IMG/VR virus record: IMGVR_UViG_3300021519_000002
Coordinates: 1-55,756 of that record
From: a virus
Taxonomy: Duplodnaviria > Caudoviricetes
Reading direction: 5' to 3' (one strand)
Length of the DNA stretch: 55,756 nucleotides
The position numbers and the translations under genes are program-made. Shown here piece after piece: positions 38,730 through 48,825 of this stretch (its first letter is position 1; each line of letters begins with the position of its first letter). The notes under the pieces are model-generated. The model made no database searches and was not told where the DNA came from. It saw nothing but the letters and a program-made list of their open reading frames with translations.

Positions 38730-40779
38730 TTCCCCTCCCTTGCTGCTTTGATTCGTTGTTCAAGCGTAGCGGCAGCGGTACGTGTCCTCTCGCTACAGTT
38801 TTTATCAATGGATATTGCGTAAAGTATTTCTTCCAAAATTCCTATAAGACCAATACCAGATTTTCGCAACGCCCTGACCTCGGCTTCCAACGCCTTCACT
38901 GTCTCGTCACGCAGCTTTTGTGCGCCGCATGTTGTACAGACAAACGGCTGCAAGAATTCATTACCGCAGGATGAACAAATCATTTCCCCTTCCTTGCTGC
39001 GTCGATGGCAGCGTCGATTTCATCTGCAAAAACTAAATTAACCCAGTCATATCCTTTGTTTTGCGTAATGGAAAAGTCAAAGTTATCTCGTAGACACAAA
39101 TACCTTTCCGCGCCAACCCGCAACGTCTTGATCTCGGCCTCTCGCGTGTACGCCTCGGTGGTCAGCCGCGCAATGTCTGCGTGTAAATCCTTTACGTCGC
39201 CTTCCAGTTCCGCGATGCGTCTATCTGTTTTGATCGACTCAACAACAAAATCAGCATTCTCGTCGCACACCCTGTTGAAAGCGTCAGCCAGTTCCGCGAT
39301 GCGCTCCTTGTCATTCATCACACACCTCCATCTTCCATTCAGGCACAACCCTTTGCCTTACAGAATCAGCAAAGTATTTCGCAGCCTCATCTTCTGTGAA
39401 TGGTTCTGAGACATAAATTGATGAGGGTTGAATCGGTGCTGGGTAAAAAAACATCCACCGCCACTTCTTGACCTTCTGCTTGTAGATGCGGTAGTGGGTG
39501 ATGTCGCCATCAGACGCCTTATAGCTCCACGACAACCTTTCAGAGAGGGTATTAGAATATGTTGCAGTGATGCATTTGTAATCCACCATCTTCCCCGGTA
39601 CAGGGTTCTCCTCGCCAAACCACGGTATCCACCCCTCCTCATCGGCGGGTTGGTTGGGGGCGATGCGGAATTCACTTCCCGTAATATCAAAATCCGGGAA
39701 GTACGCTTGAACCCAAGACCAAGATGGCCCGTTAAAAATAATCTTTTCAATCCGCACCCCGTCTGCCATCAACTTAATAAACTCCGCGTGTTTGTGTTTC
39801 ATTTTTCCTCCTTGAAATGTTCTCTAATCGTTGTCTTGCAAAGAGAAGCAGCATCTTCCCTGCCGTGAAAATAATCAAAATCATCATCCCTTGCCGTATC
39901 ACGGGCCTCTATCGCAGCCAACGCCACCAGCGCACAAAGGCCCATACAGTCTTGAATGATGAGTTCAGCAAACTTTTCCACGAATAGGTCATCACCCGAT
40001 TTACCCGTAGGTAAAGCCGCTGTCGCTGCGTAGTTTGCCGCTTGGTCAGCCAATTCCTTTATGCGCTCGTTCATTTCAACCCCTCTAGTATCTCAACCTC
40101 ATCACCTAAAATTGAAGCAACGTAGCAGCGCATTCCGGCAAGGAGGTACGTAGCCCCGTATTGTGTGGTTGTGTCATTCCACCATTTTGGACCGCCGTGT
40201 CTAAAGTCACCCCTAAACGAGTCCATGTACGGCCCCAAAACCATGTATGTGACGCTGATCTTGTTTTCCTCAAGGATTGGGCCACCGTGCTCCCAACTGG
40301 TGGAGTACGGTGCCAACTTACTTAAGTAATAACGTCCTGATAACATTGCCACTACCACCAGCCAGTTGATCTGAGTGGGGGTGGCCTCGCTTACTTTGAT
40401 TTTCATTTCACATCCCTCCCTCGTGATTGGAGCCACTCGGTCAGGAGCGGAACTGACCGGGGTTTCCACGTTGCCCCTGACTCAAAGGCAAACGGCTTGC
40501 CGTGTCTCTCCCGTGCTTGGCACAACTTCTCTTGTCGTATAGCTTCCTTTACGTGATCCTTTTCCATTACTTCGCCTCCTTCTGGTATGGTCTCCACGCA
40601 TGTAAAGGACATGTAACTACTTTGCATCGGGTGATTTCATCTTGATCAAAATTTGAACACGCCAGACACTTTGCTTTGATGGCTCCTCTGGGGGAACCTT
40701 CTTTCAGAAACGCCCGTTCAATAATTCCTTTTTTTGATACAGGAACGGTAGACAAATACTTTTGGATTCTTTCGTTCAT
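38726..40779 (-). CDS. Run of coupled small hypothetical proteins (38726-38983, 38980-~39318, 39311-39802, 39799-40074, 40071-~40406, 40403-~40567, 40567-40779)
   Basis: Overlapping stops/starts; 40071-40406 has YSTSWEHGGPILE (NinX/DUF2591-like); 40567-40779 has AIKAKCLACS...C...CPL. Confidence 0.6.
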
Positions 40780-41030
40780 TTCTCAATCCGAGTATTTATC
40801 TCAATCAACTTGTCGATGTAGTGCCTCGCCTTTCGCAAGTCCTCAACACCACCTTTCGACTTGTACCGTGCGATGTACTTCACGGCGTTGCCTGCAAAAA
40901 AACACAGGTTCCACGAATGGATGGCATCCCAAGGTTGGATTTCCTGACCCTTGTAGTGATTGCCACCTATCTGGATATCGTTGCTGCTTGTAGTGGTGAC
41001 TTCTGTTTTCATGATGCTGCTTTCAAGCAA
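40776..41030 (-). CDS. DUF3310 (SaV-like) protein
   Basis: QIGGNHYK...IQPWD...GNAVKYIARY..KGGVEDLRKARHYI. Confidence 0.85.
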   Translation of the reverse strand: MLESSIMKTEVTTTSSNDIQIGGNHYKGQEIQPWDAIHSWNLCFFAGNAVKYIARYKSKGGVEDLRKARHYIDKLIEINTRIEK

Positions 41031-41656
41031 GAATCAAGCTTTTGATTTTCTTTCTCAAAATACTCACCCATCGGTCTGGCAAACTTTTCTGGATGACGAC
41101 CCTTCTCAAATCCCAGTTGATACACTGCGTCATCCCTTGTTTTTGCAAATTCCGATTCACCCAGTTGACCAATGTCGTCAGTGTAAAAAGCAACCCAGCA
41201 CCGATAACTTTTTTCGTAATAAACATTCAACATAGTGGTTCCTTTAGAAGTTTAGAAGTTGTAGTCGTAAAACTTGACGGGTTTCTGGCTCAAGGAGAAC
41301 TTGCGCCCATGACGGTCTTGCCATCCTTTTTTTAGGCTCTTGCGAATGCGGATTACCGGACGCTGTTCATTGCTGACGATGTTCCACTTTTGATCACGTT
41401 GATTAACGCAGTGACCGGCAAAACCACCAGCCACGAATTCCATCTTCACCGATTCATCCCGGGTAGCGTCCATTTGCCGAATCTCAATTGTTTGGGCGCT
41501 GATCCAGCGGATCACCTCAAACGGTTCGATATCGCTGTAGCCACCGTGATTTGCAAACTTCAGTTGGTCTTCACGGTGGCTCTGGCAAGAACTGTAGCCA
41601 TGATCGCCGGGGCCAAAATCATTACCGCACTGGCTGCAAGAAACATTTTTAAACAT
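41009..41656 (-). CDS. Two hypothetical proteins (41009-41233, 41252-41656)
   Basis: AAGGA(G) RBS; the second has an N-terminal CSQCG Zn-ribbon-like segment and ends YDYNF. Confidence 0.65.
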
Positions 41657-41671
41657 GTCAGTCTCCTTAAC

Positions 41672-41687
41672 AGGGGCCGAAGCCCCT
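41672..41687 (-). other. UUCG-tetraloop hairpin between early genes
   Basis: AGGGGC-TTCG-GCCCCT. Confidence 0.6.
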
Positions 41688-41694
41688 TAATTAA

Positions 41695-42015
41695 TTAAAC
41701 AGTGGGGGTAACTTTGATGACGGCGGCTGCTTCGCCACGGAATGAATCAAGATCAGCTTCAGTGATCCCGAACTTGGCGCAGAGGGCTTCCATATCTACC
41801 GATCCTTTGCGCTGCTCAATGGTCACGCGCACACCGTACTTCTCGCCTCGAAACTTGCCTTCGCCGTATGCGTTGGCGATGGAATCTTTGAGGGACTTTG
41901 TTTGCTTGGTAAGGTCTTTTACTTGACGATCCAACACAGCCAGCGTGTCGATCTCGTTTGCAAGCGAAACCACCGTTGCGGTGGCTTGGATTTCGATCTG
42001 GGTTGCTGTAGTCAT
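41695..42015 (-). CDS. Early hypothetical protein (106 aa)
   Basis: First gene behind promoter copy 5; AAGGAG RBS. Confidence 0.75.
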   Translation of the reverse strand: MTTATQIEIQATATVVSLANEIDTLAVLDRQVKDLTKQTKSLKDSIANAYGEGKFRGEKYGVRVTIEQRKGSVDMEALCAKFGITEADLDSFRGEAAAVIKVTPTV

Positions 42016-42021
42016 TTTGTT

Positions 42022-42085
42022 TCTCCTTTTTGACCTGCATCAGTTGCAGTGAGGAGACTATAACTACAGGTTAGATACCTGTCAA
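42022..42085 (-). promoter_or_regulatory. Repeated early sigma70 promoter and leader, copy 5
   Basis: TTGACA-17nt-TATAGT, CTGCA..TGCAG hairpin, AAGGAG. Confidence 0.8.
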
Positions 42086-42357
42086 CGCTTTTTTTGATTA
42101 TTTTTAAAGATATTTTTAACTGTTTGATTTAATGCATCTATTTCCTCCATTTTTGCTATTGCCCATGCTCTCTTCTGACCATGCAATCCCATTACCGATC
42201 CTTGATGGCAGCTTTTACAGAGGGCCACACAGGTGAAATGCAGCCCCTGCTTTATGTGATGTGCATCAGATGGAGCAGCAGCATCACACACTGAGCATGG
42301 CTGCTCTTTCACAAGAGTCAGCCACTTCCGGTCTTGATCATTCAACTTGCTGTTCAT
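42082..42357 (-). CDS. HNH-like Zn-binding nuclease (Ref/DUF968-like)
   Basis: PCSVC....DAHHI...VALCKSCHQG. Confidence 0.7.
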   Translation of the reverse strand: MNSKLNDQDRKWLTLVKEQPCSVCDAAAPSDAHHIKQGLHFTCVALCKSCHQGSVMGLHGQKRAWAIAKMEEIDALNQTVKNIFKNNQKKR

Positions 42358-42701
42358 GTCACAACTTTATCAAAAGCACGATTAGAAGCCTCCTGAGACC
42401 GCCATACGTCGATCCTAGCTTGTGCAGAGATTAATCCCCACCTCAAGGTCTCCTCATCCTGTTGAGTATTTCTGGTGGTCTGTAAATGCGTCTTATAGGA
42501 CTCATCTGCATAAGCTTCCATCTCTGCGGCTGCACTAGACTTTGCAATACCTTTTTCAATAGCTTCCTTCATCAATCTAGCTTTGATTGTCTTTCTGAAT
42601 TCTTCTAAATAATATCTGTGCGCTTTAGCTTCTGCATATATTGCTCCATGCTTAAACAGATAGTCCACCGCATCATTGATGTCTTTTTCTTTTTCAATCA
42701 T
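42354..42701 (-). CDS. Helical hypothetical protein (115 aa)
   Basis: AEMEAYAD..Y...IDVWRSQEASNR; coupled to the resolvase gene. Confidence 0.7.
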   Translation of the reverse strand: MIEKEKDINDAVDYLFKHGAIYAEAKAHRYYLEEFRKTIKARLMKEAIEKGIAKSSAAAEMEAYADESYKTHLQTTRNTQQDEETLRWGLISAQARIDVWRSQEASNRAFDKVVT

Positions 42702-43171
42702 TCTCCGAACCTCGCTATCAGTGCTGCATCTGCCATCGCCTGTCCTTCACCCTTTTTGTCCAGCACCCTCCACTTAGGCCACAACTGCAAAGCCTTTGAC
42801 CGTGCAGCGTCCTTGTCCTTCCCAATCAGCCCAGCGCGTTTCTTCCACTGTTGTGGGGTCACAGTACCCACTGTGATTTCAAATGCCGCCAGCACCCCCA
42901 TAACCGTTCCTGTGGCATGTCCAAAGGTGAACATGGATGTCACGCCCTGCCCCGGCATTGCTCCTACCTGCTCGACAATTGCCAGATGGATTTCCCAGTC
43001 ACTCAAGAACGACGCAACCGCCGCTCCATTGACCCGTTTGCTTTTCAATCCAACCGTATAAGTGGGCATTCTCATCCACTCAATCGGTACGCCATCCTCC
43101 AGCAGGACTATCGCCCCACCCAGACCCGGATCAATTCCAACTATGCGCCGCATGCTCATCTCCTTCACCAA
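42698..43171 (-). CDS. RuvC-like Holliday junction resolvase
   Basis: GIDPG, IVEQVGAMPGQGVTSMFTFG, VTPQQWKK, ADAALIA. Confidence 0.88.
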   Translation of the reverse strand: MVKEMSMRRIVGIDPGLGGAIVLLEDGVPIEWMRMPTYTVGLKSKRVNGAAVASFLSDWEIHLAIVEQVGAMPGQGVTSMFTFGHATGTVMGVLAAFEITVGTVTPQQWKKRAGLIGKDKDAARSKALQLWPKWRVLDKKGEGQAMADAALIARFGE

Positions 43172-43938
43172 TCATGCGTTCAATCTGAAATTCCTTGATC
43201 AACAACGTCAAAGCATCCAGAGCCTGTTTGCCTTCTGCGTAGTACATCACCACAATCAAGTCTGCCGGTTCCAGTCTGTCCATTGCGTGAACGACTGACT
43301 TGACTTGATTAGGCAACAACCCCGGTTGAGGTTGCCTCTCCAGCCACAATGCAAAATGCGAAGCTTCTGACCACATTATTTTTTCCCCTTCAGATTGAAC
43401 TTCTCACAGCGTTGCAAAAGAAATTGTGTTGGCAAAGTGGGTCTTTTAAATTTGTCCAGAATGCCCATGCATTTCCTGCCGACATAATTCGTACACTCAA
43501 AACAAAGCTTCCTGTCGTCCCAGTCAATGTCCCTGTCCCTATTCCACATCTGGTCTGCCAGAGCAGTAGCCTCTTTCTCCGACAAGCCCTCACTCAAAAA
43601 CACACCCTTCCTCCTCAGATACTTTGCATCTTCTCCTTGCCGTACCTCTTTGCTCTGAAGCGTAAAGCCCGGAAAGTACTGGCTAATGTCGTCATACTCT
43701 TTTTCCGAATTCACAATATGTGTACCGTCGATGTGTCTCTATCAATCTGAATTTCACCCTCTGCAACAATATTCCAGTCGTTCGTTAGCATCTCCTTCTC
43801 CCCTTGTGATGGAACATGAATATTGATGTTCTTGCACAACCATTCCTTCCCAGTCTCATCAAATACCCTCCAGACATGATCTGGAGTCCCTCTACCCATC
43901 TGACCGCGCTTCAAGTTAAACCTGATTCTGTATTTCAT
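43131..43938 (-). CDS. Three hypothetical proteins (43131-43376, 43376-43714, 43711-43938)
   Basis: Coupled ORFs; the middle one has DDRKLCFEC...C...C. Confidence 0.6.
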
Positions 43939-44549
43939 ACGATTTCCACAATTTTCTTTTCGTCATTGATCGCCACAGACAAATTCATGTGAACGAATCG
44001 GAAAGGAGAGAAGCTTCCATTTTTGGTGAAGGAATGCGGTAGCCAGCTATTCATCAGGATCAAAAGCCCCGGCTCTGGCGTGAACACCACATGCGAAGAC
44101 CCACCACTCACTATCGTGTCAGTTGTCACCGGCAGGCTGATAATCACCTTCGCCGGTCTGGGGTCATGGATCACTAGTTGGCTTCCATCGGCAGGAGTGT
44201 CCAGAAAATAGAACGCCGATATCTGCGCTCCATTGTTGTGGATGTGAGTGTCCATCGACGACAAATAATTATGTTCCTGCGTCCACATCTCCGAGAACCA
44301 TGTCGCCATCTCCTCCATAGCGTACCCTTGAGCAGACAGAATGTTCCACGCAGTCTGGCTCACATACTGGCAAAACTCCTTCAGCACCGGCTCATGAGAA
44401 TAGTTATGGGTCATCGTGATCACCGAACCATCTTTCCTGACAGCATCCAGATATCGACTGGAAACAGCACTCACATCCTCAAGGAACTCATCCTTTTTAA
44501 CCATGTAAACAGGTGAGGAGAAATAATTGGTTTCGTTGAAAGTGTCCAT
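43935..44549 (-). CDS. Putative 2OG-Fe(II) oxygenase (TIGR02466-like)
   Basis: HxH (THIH), ISAFYFL, DPRP, PEPG.L...SWLPH and distal R motif. Confidence 0.8.
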   Translation of the reverse strand: MDTFNETNYFSSPVYMVKKDEFLEDVSAVSSRYLDAVRKDGSVITMTHNYSHEPVLKEFCQYVSQTAWNILSAQGYAMEEMATWFSEMWTQEHNYLSSMDTHIHNNGAQISAFYFLDTPADGSQLVIHDPRPAKVIISLPVTTDTIVSGGSSHVVFTPEPGLLILMNSWLPHSFTKNGSFSPFRFVHMNLSVAINDEKKIVEIV

Positions 44550-44888
44550 GTTGATCCTTGTGATGATCTTTTGAGTCTAACATTTAATTAGAGTGTACAG
44601 GTAAAAAAACAGGTCACTGAAGACCACTTAATGCTTTTAATACCTATCACCCAAAGACCCCCCTACCCCAAGAGAAAAGGTAGGAAGGGAAGGTGCTTCA
44701 CCCCACAGAGTGGATCGTCATGCTACGGATTGGATACCGTATGCCCCTCGACTTGACGATGAGACCAGTCGTCGTGCTTTTTTAGGTTCTGCCCCCGGTG
44801 ACCTAACTTCGGCCCCTAACACGATATCGGTAGTCTTGGCAGCAACCCCGAATGGGTTCATTGCTAACGCGGCCAGTACGGCCCAATA

Positions 44889-45030
44889 GAAAAAACCCCT
44901 ACGGCTGGGTTTCAGGTTGCGGTGGAATGAGCGCCATCACTTCGCTCACGCTACCGAAACCCATGCGTAGGGGTTTTTAGCGTGATGGTTTTTTGCCATT
45001 CCACTGGCAACCTGATTTTTCTCTCAGGCA
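44889..45030 (-). ncRNA. Candidate structured leader RNA / sRNA ending in a long hairpin plus U tract
   Basis: Imperfect 88-nt hairpin 44891-44978; upstream segments complementary to its arm and loop; promoter directly upstream. Confidence 0.5.
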
Positions 45031-45035
45031 AAAAT

Positions 45036-45064
45036 ACTTTATTCCACTTTTTTCTAGTTGTCAA
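45036..45064 (-). promoter_or_regulatory. Sigma70 promoter reading into the structured non-coding region
   Basis: TTGACA-17nt-TAAAGT. Confidence 0.65.
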
Positions 45065-45116
45065 ACGATTATAGTCTGTAATCGTCCGATACCGTCCACT
45101 ACGTTCTGTTGTGTTC

Positions 45117-45320
45117 TCACAAATCTATTTTGGGTTTGTATTTCTTGCCTTCATCTTCCGTCCCCCAACGCGCAAGGTGATCGTTGTAGACCTTTATTGC
45201 GTCAGCAGCAATGTCTTGCAGAGCATCTAATTGGATTATGTAAGGCAACTCCCAAAACTCCTTGGAAAGGTTGATGGAGGTTTTGTCGGAATCCAAAAAA
45301 TTATATGTACAAATTTTCAT
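45117..45320 (-). CDS. Hypothetical protein (67 aa)
   Basis: ORF after primase with AAGGGG RBS. Confidence 0.55.
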   Translation of the reverse strand: MKICTYNFLDSDKTSINLSKEFWELPYIIQLDALQDIAADAIKVYNDHLARWGTEDEGKKYKPKIDL

Positions 45321-45361
45321 TTCATGCCCCTTGATTGATAGCAGTTATCACGGTCACCTCT

Positions 45362-46213
45362 TTATTTTAAAATACGAAGCTTCATAATCTTTCCCACCAC
45401 TGCAAAAAGTCCACTAACTTTCTGTAAATCATTGGCATCTTCTCCGACAATGTCAGACATCGTCCACGGCAAGCCAGTCTCGGCAGCAGCCTTCTGACCC
45501 GTGCCTGAGTCATCATTGTCAGCAAAAATGAACCTTTTACCGGATAGCTGGTCAGCCACCTGAGCCATGTTGCTGGCGCTGAAGCAGACGACCACAGCAG
45601 CAGTGATCCCAACGCTTTTCAGGGCTGCGCGTACCGTGAGACCTGTCGCAAACCCCTCGACCAGCCACTTCTCCTTCGCAGTACGCTCCCCCAGAAAAAA
45701 CACAGCATTTCTGGATCGCATGCCAAACAACATCTTTTTCTCATACTTCCGCTCAGAAGCGTCCCAGCGGATCGACTGGTATCCCTGAAGTTTGTTGTTA
45801 CTAACATTACGCATTGGAATCAGCAATTTGTCGTCAATCACCAAACCCTTTTCTTCGGGGAACCCTTTAATCGAAAAATAGGGGTGTAGGAGGGCCGTAG
45901 CGGCCTTCAGGGAGGTTTCCGCACGTTCAGCTACGCGCAGGTACTCCTTATCCCTATTAGCCCCCTCAGAGGCTCTCCTGAGAGCGTTGCGGTGCCTTTC
46001 CTCGTCACTCCAAGGCTTGGCATCAGGGTTGTCAAACCAAACCGGCCTAGCATCACCAGCCCAGTCCATCGCCCAGCCCTTCTCGCCATCCCAGAAGTAC
46101 GCCCCATTGGTCGATCTCGGATGATCAATTGTCCCAGTCCTCTGGATTTTTTCAGAAGCGTGGAGGTGCTGGATTTCGATCCCTTGAATCCTTGCAAAGT
46201 CGATGAAGTTCAT
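45362..46213 (-). CDS. TOPRIM-domain primase
   Basis: LLIPM, LVEGFATG, VVCFSASN, IFADND and DAND motifs. Confidence 0.88.
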   Translation of the reverse strand: MNFIDFARIQGIEIQHLHASEKIQRTGTIDHPRSTNGAYFWDGEKGWAMDWAGDARPVWFDNPDAKPWSDEERHRNALRRASEGANRDKEYLRVAERAETSLKAATALLHPYFSIKGFPEEKGLVIDDKLLIPMRNVSNNKLQGYQSIRWDASERKYEKKMLFGMRSRNAVFFLGERTAKEKWLVEGFATGLTVRAALKSVGITAAVVVCFSASNMAQVADQLSGKRFIFADNDDSGTGQKAAAETGLPWTMSDIVGEDANDLQKVSGLFAVVGKIMKLRILK

Positions 46214-47730
46214 GCGCGTGACTTTTTGATGTAAGCCATGTTCAAGCTACGAATTTTGTTTTGCAAAGATTGAGTGATCGGGACCACCGGAGCGGTCGAA
46301 AATGACCACTGGGTATCTGCTCCAGCAATCTGTCGGAACAAGTGCCAAGCCCTAGCCGATTGTTTTGCCGGAACGCTGTGGTGCTTCGCATACGCCACCA
46401 CCTGATGCCACAGGTTCTCGGCATTATCGGCAAGCTTTCGTTTGTTTTTTCCGGTTCCAATGAATATCTCCTCCATTTGACCCACCTCGGCTTGGCTGAT
46501 CTGAGTCGAAACCTTCTCAAATCCACATGCCATGCATTTACGGTGGAAAGGTTTATAGCCGCAACGTGGACATCCCTTTGACTCAAATTCCTCGTCCTTA
46601 CGGATCGCCTTGTCCAGCTTCTCACCGTCATCCATCTTCTCCAGACCTTCAAAGTAGATGTCGCTGAAATCCTCAAAGAATCTAACTATGTTGCCAGAAA
46701 AGTCCAGCAGATGGCAATCAGTTTTTCCAGTCTCAGGAGAAGACCGCAGTCCTCGACCCCACATCTGAATGGCAGTGGACAAAGACTTCCTCAGTGGTCT
46801 GGCATCGCAGATACATCCCACATCAGGCACATCAAAACCTTTTGCCAGAGCCTCAACAGATATCAGCACCTTCAAAACAGAATCAGGCTTGCGGTACTCA
46901 TGCAACAAAGCCTCCCTCTCTTTTGCAGTGGTCTCTGAGGTGTACAGAGCAGCCATGATCCCAGCATTGATAAATTGTTTCGCCAGTTCCTCACAGTGCT
47001 TAATCGTTGCCCCGAAAACAATAGTCTTCCGGTTGTCGCCAAACCGTTGCCAATCAGCGACTACGTCCCCAACAATTTTGAGTTCCCGCTCTTCAGCAGC
47101 CTTGTCTGTCCACTCTCCTCCCGCTGTAGCAGCACCCGTCATGTCAGGACGCTGGCAACTAAATATCCGCATCGGAACCAACACGCCTGATTGGGTCAGT
47201 TCATGCATTGTCGTGGCGTTGATCAGGTTCGTAAATATATTGCCCAGACCTACAGTGAACGGAGTAGCCGATAGGCCAATCACAGCAGCGTCAGTCTGCT
47301 TGGCAAACTCAGTCCACGCTTTGTAGGTCGTATGGGCCTCATCAACAATCAGCACATCCATCTGAGGCCAGTAATCACGCTTGGCAATGGTCTGAACACT
47401 GGCAATCTGCAACATCAGATTGGGCTTCCTCCTCCAGTGTTTGGCCTGAATAATTCCATGCTCATGCAGACCATACCGATCAGCCACTTCAGAGGTCTGG
47501 TTGATCAGCGTCGTGCGATCACAGAGGAACACAGCGCGTTTGCAACGCTGCATCGCTTCATAGCAGATACGCAGACCCAGATAGGTCTTACCAGCCCCCG
47601 TAGGAGCCATGATCATCTGGTTCTTGTGACCTTCCTTGAAACCCTTCCGCAGGGCTTCATGGGCAATCACTTGGAAAGGTCTTGCTTCTGGGAACCCTTT
47701 ATCACGCATCGGTTGCGCTAGGCTGTCCAT
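46210..47730 (-). CDS. SF2 DEAH-box helicase with C-terminal Zn ribbon
   Basis: APTGAGKT, DEAH, GLSATP, GFDVP, QMWGRGLR, CPRC...CMACG. Confidence 0.93.
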   Translation of the reverse strand: MDSLAQPMRDKGFPEARPFQVIAHEALRKGFKEGHKNQMIMAPTGAGKTYLGLRICYEAMQRCKRAVFLCDRTTLINQTSEVADRYGLHEHGIIQAKHWRRKPNLMLQIASVQTIAKRDYWPQMDVLIVDEAHTTYKAWTEFAKQTDAAVIGLSATPFTVGLGNIFTNLINATTMHELTQSGVLVPMRIFSCQRPDMTGAATAGGEWTDKAAEERELKIVGDVVADWQRFGDNRKTIVFGATIKHCEELAKQFINAGIMAALYTSETTAKEREALLHEYRKPDSVLKVLISVEALAKGFDVPDVGCICDARPLRKSLSTAIQMWGRGLRSSPETGKTDCHLLDFSGNIVRFFEDFSDIYFEGLEKMDDGEKLDKAIRKDEEFESKGCPRCGYKPFHRKCMACGFEKVSTQISQAEVGQMEEIFIGTGKNKRKLADNAENLWHQVVAYAKHHSVPAKQSARAWHLFRQIAGADTQWSFSTAPVVPITQSLQNKIRSLNMAYIKKSRA

Positions 47731-47731
47731 G

Positions 47732-48502
47732 TTATTTGTTCTTTTCTATTTGTTTTTGGAGTTTCTTGACCATATCAATCGCTTCGTTCTTTTCGTTCAT
47801 CAGACCATTCATCCTCAACTCAAGCTGGGCAAGGAGAAGGTTCAAACGATGGTTCTCTTCAACAGCCGTCTTCAGAGCATCATCTGACTCCATCATCTTG
47901 TACATCGTGGCAATGTCTTTTTCCCGCGCCAGTTCGCCAGCCTTCAATTCCGCATCATCTGGGCCAACCTGATCACCACCAGAAAAGTTATCCACAGGCT
48001 TGCCAGCATAATTAATTAACTCATCGCTTTTGCTTTGATGATGTTTTTGCGAATTCTCGGCTTGCTTCTTTTTCTTTTCTGGATTACGCAGACCAGCCAC
48101 AAAAGGCGAAGAAACTTCACATTTTGCAGCAACAGCGTAATCGCTCAAGTCTTTTGTATGAGGATGCTCAAAAGCAGCAAGGACAGCTTTTCTTTTATCT
48201 TCATGCGAACGCGGCCTACCGTGCTTGCCATTCGCGCCAAAAGACAGAACCTGCGCCTCCTCCTGCGTTCCGGGCTTGTAGTCAATGCTGACGACCTTGT
48301 CACCCCTTTGCAGGTAGCATTGATAACGGTGGAAACCATCTACCAACCAATACTTTGTTCCATCGAACACACAAAACAGCGGCGGGAATATCGCCCCATC
48401 TTCCATGCATTCCAAGTACTCATCAATAGTGGCTTGGTCTATCGACACACGGTTCTGAGTACCGCCATCCAACTTGATATCACTCAACTTTACTTCGCGC
48501 AT
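47732..48502 (-). CDS. ParB N-terminal domain protein with HTH and coiled-coil tail
   Basis: FPPL...WLVDGFHR...ANGKHGRPRSHEDKRKAV. Confidence 0.8.
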   Translation of the reverse strand: MREVKLSDIKLDGGTQNRVSIDQATIDEYLECMEDGAIFPPLFCVFDGTKYWLVDGFHRYQCYLQRGDKVVSIDYKPGTQEEAQVLSFGANGKHGRPRSHEDKRKAVLAAFEHPHTKDLSDYAVAAKCEVSSPFVAGLRNPEKKKKQAENSQKHHQSKSDELINYAGKPVDNFSGGDQVGPDDAELKAGELAREKDIATMYKMMESDDALKTAVEENHRLNLLLAQLELRMNGLMNEKNEAIDMVKKLQKQIEKNK

Positions 48503-48513
48503 ATTTCCCCCTG

Positions 48514-48729
48514 TTAATCAAATAAATCTGGACGTAGTTCTTTGGCAGTCACCAGCTTCTGCGTTGCCTTTTCAATCCTCTTAGCCAACTCAGGTGATGG
48601 ACGACGAGCCTTCCTCAACAACAGCCCCAGCCACGTTGGGGTGATCCCTAAATAGTCTGCCATTTCCTTCTTGGCTCCATATGGCTCACTCTTGAAATAT
48701 TGTTTTAACTGCATCATTTTTCCTTTCAT
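48514..48729 (-). CDS. Cro/YdaS-like HTH regulator
   Basis: EMADYLGIT......RRPSPELAKRIEKAT..VTAKELRPDLF; divergent from the plus-strand operon. Confidence 0.85.
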   Translation of the reverse strand: MKGKMMQLKQYFKSEPYGAKKEMADYLGITPTWLGLLLRKARRPSPELAKRIEKATQKLVTAKELRPDLFD

Positions 48730-48753
48730 GAGACATCCTCATGCATCGAATTC

Positions 48754-48782
48754 TAGCACAGACTCAAATTCTATGTTATAGT
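48754..48782 (+). promoter_or_regulatory. Promoter of the same class driving the plus-strand operon
   Basis: TAGCAC-17nt-TATAGT-CTT with extended -10 TG; overlaps a possible divergent TG-C-TAGAAT for the HTH gene. Confidence 0.6.
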
Positions 48783-48825
48783 CTTACTACGGTCTTGAGA
48801 CCGGAACATTTAAAAAGGAAAACAC

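Noticed and set aside
44555-45100. tRNA gene in the long intergenic region
   Set aside because: No cloverleaf with a T-loop consensus found by eye; tRNAscan-SE would settle it
47732-48729. Temperate or plasmid-prophage module (ParB plus HTH)
   Set aside because: No integrase, ParA or CI-type repressor recognised; lifestyle cannot be called from these two genes
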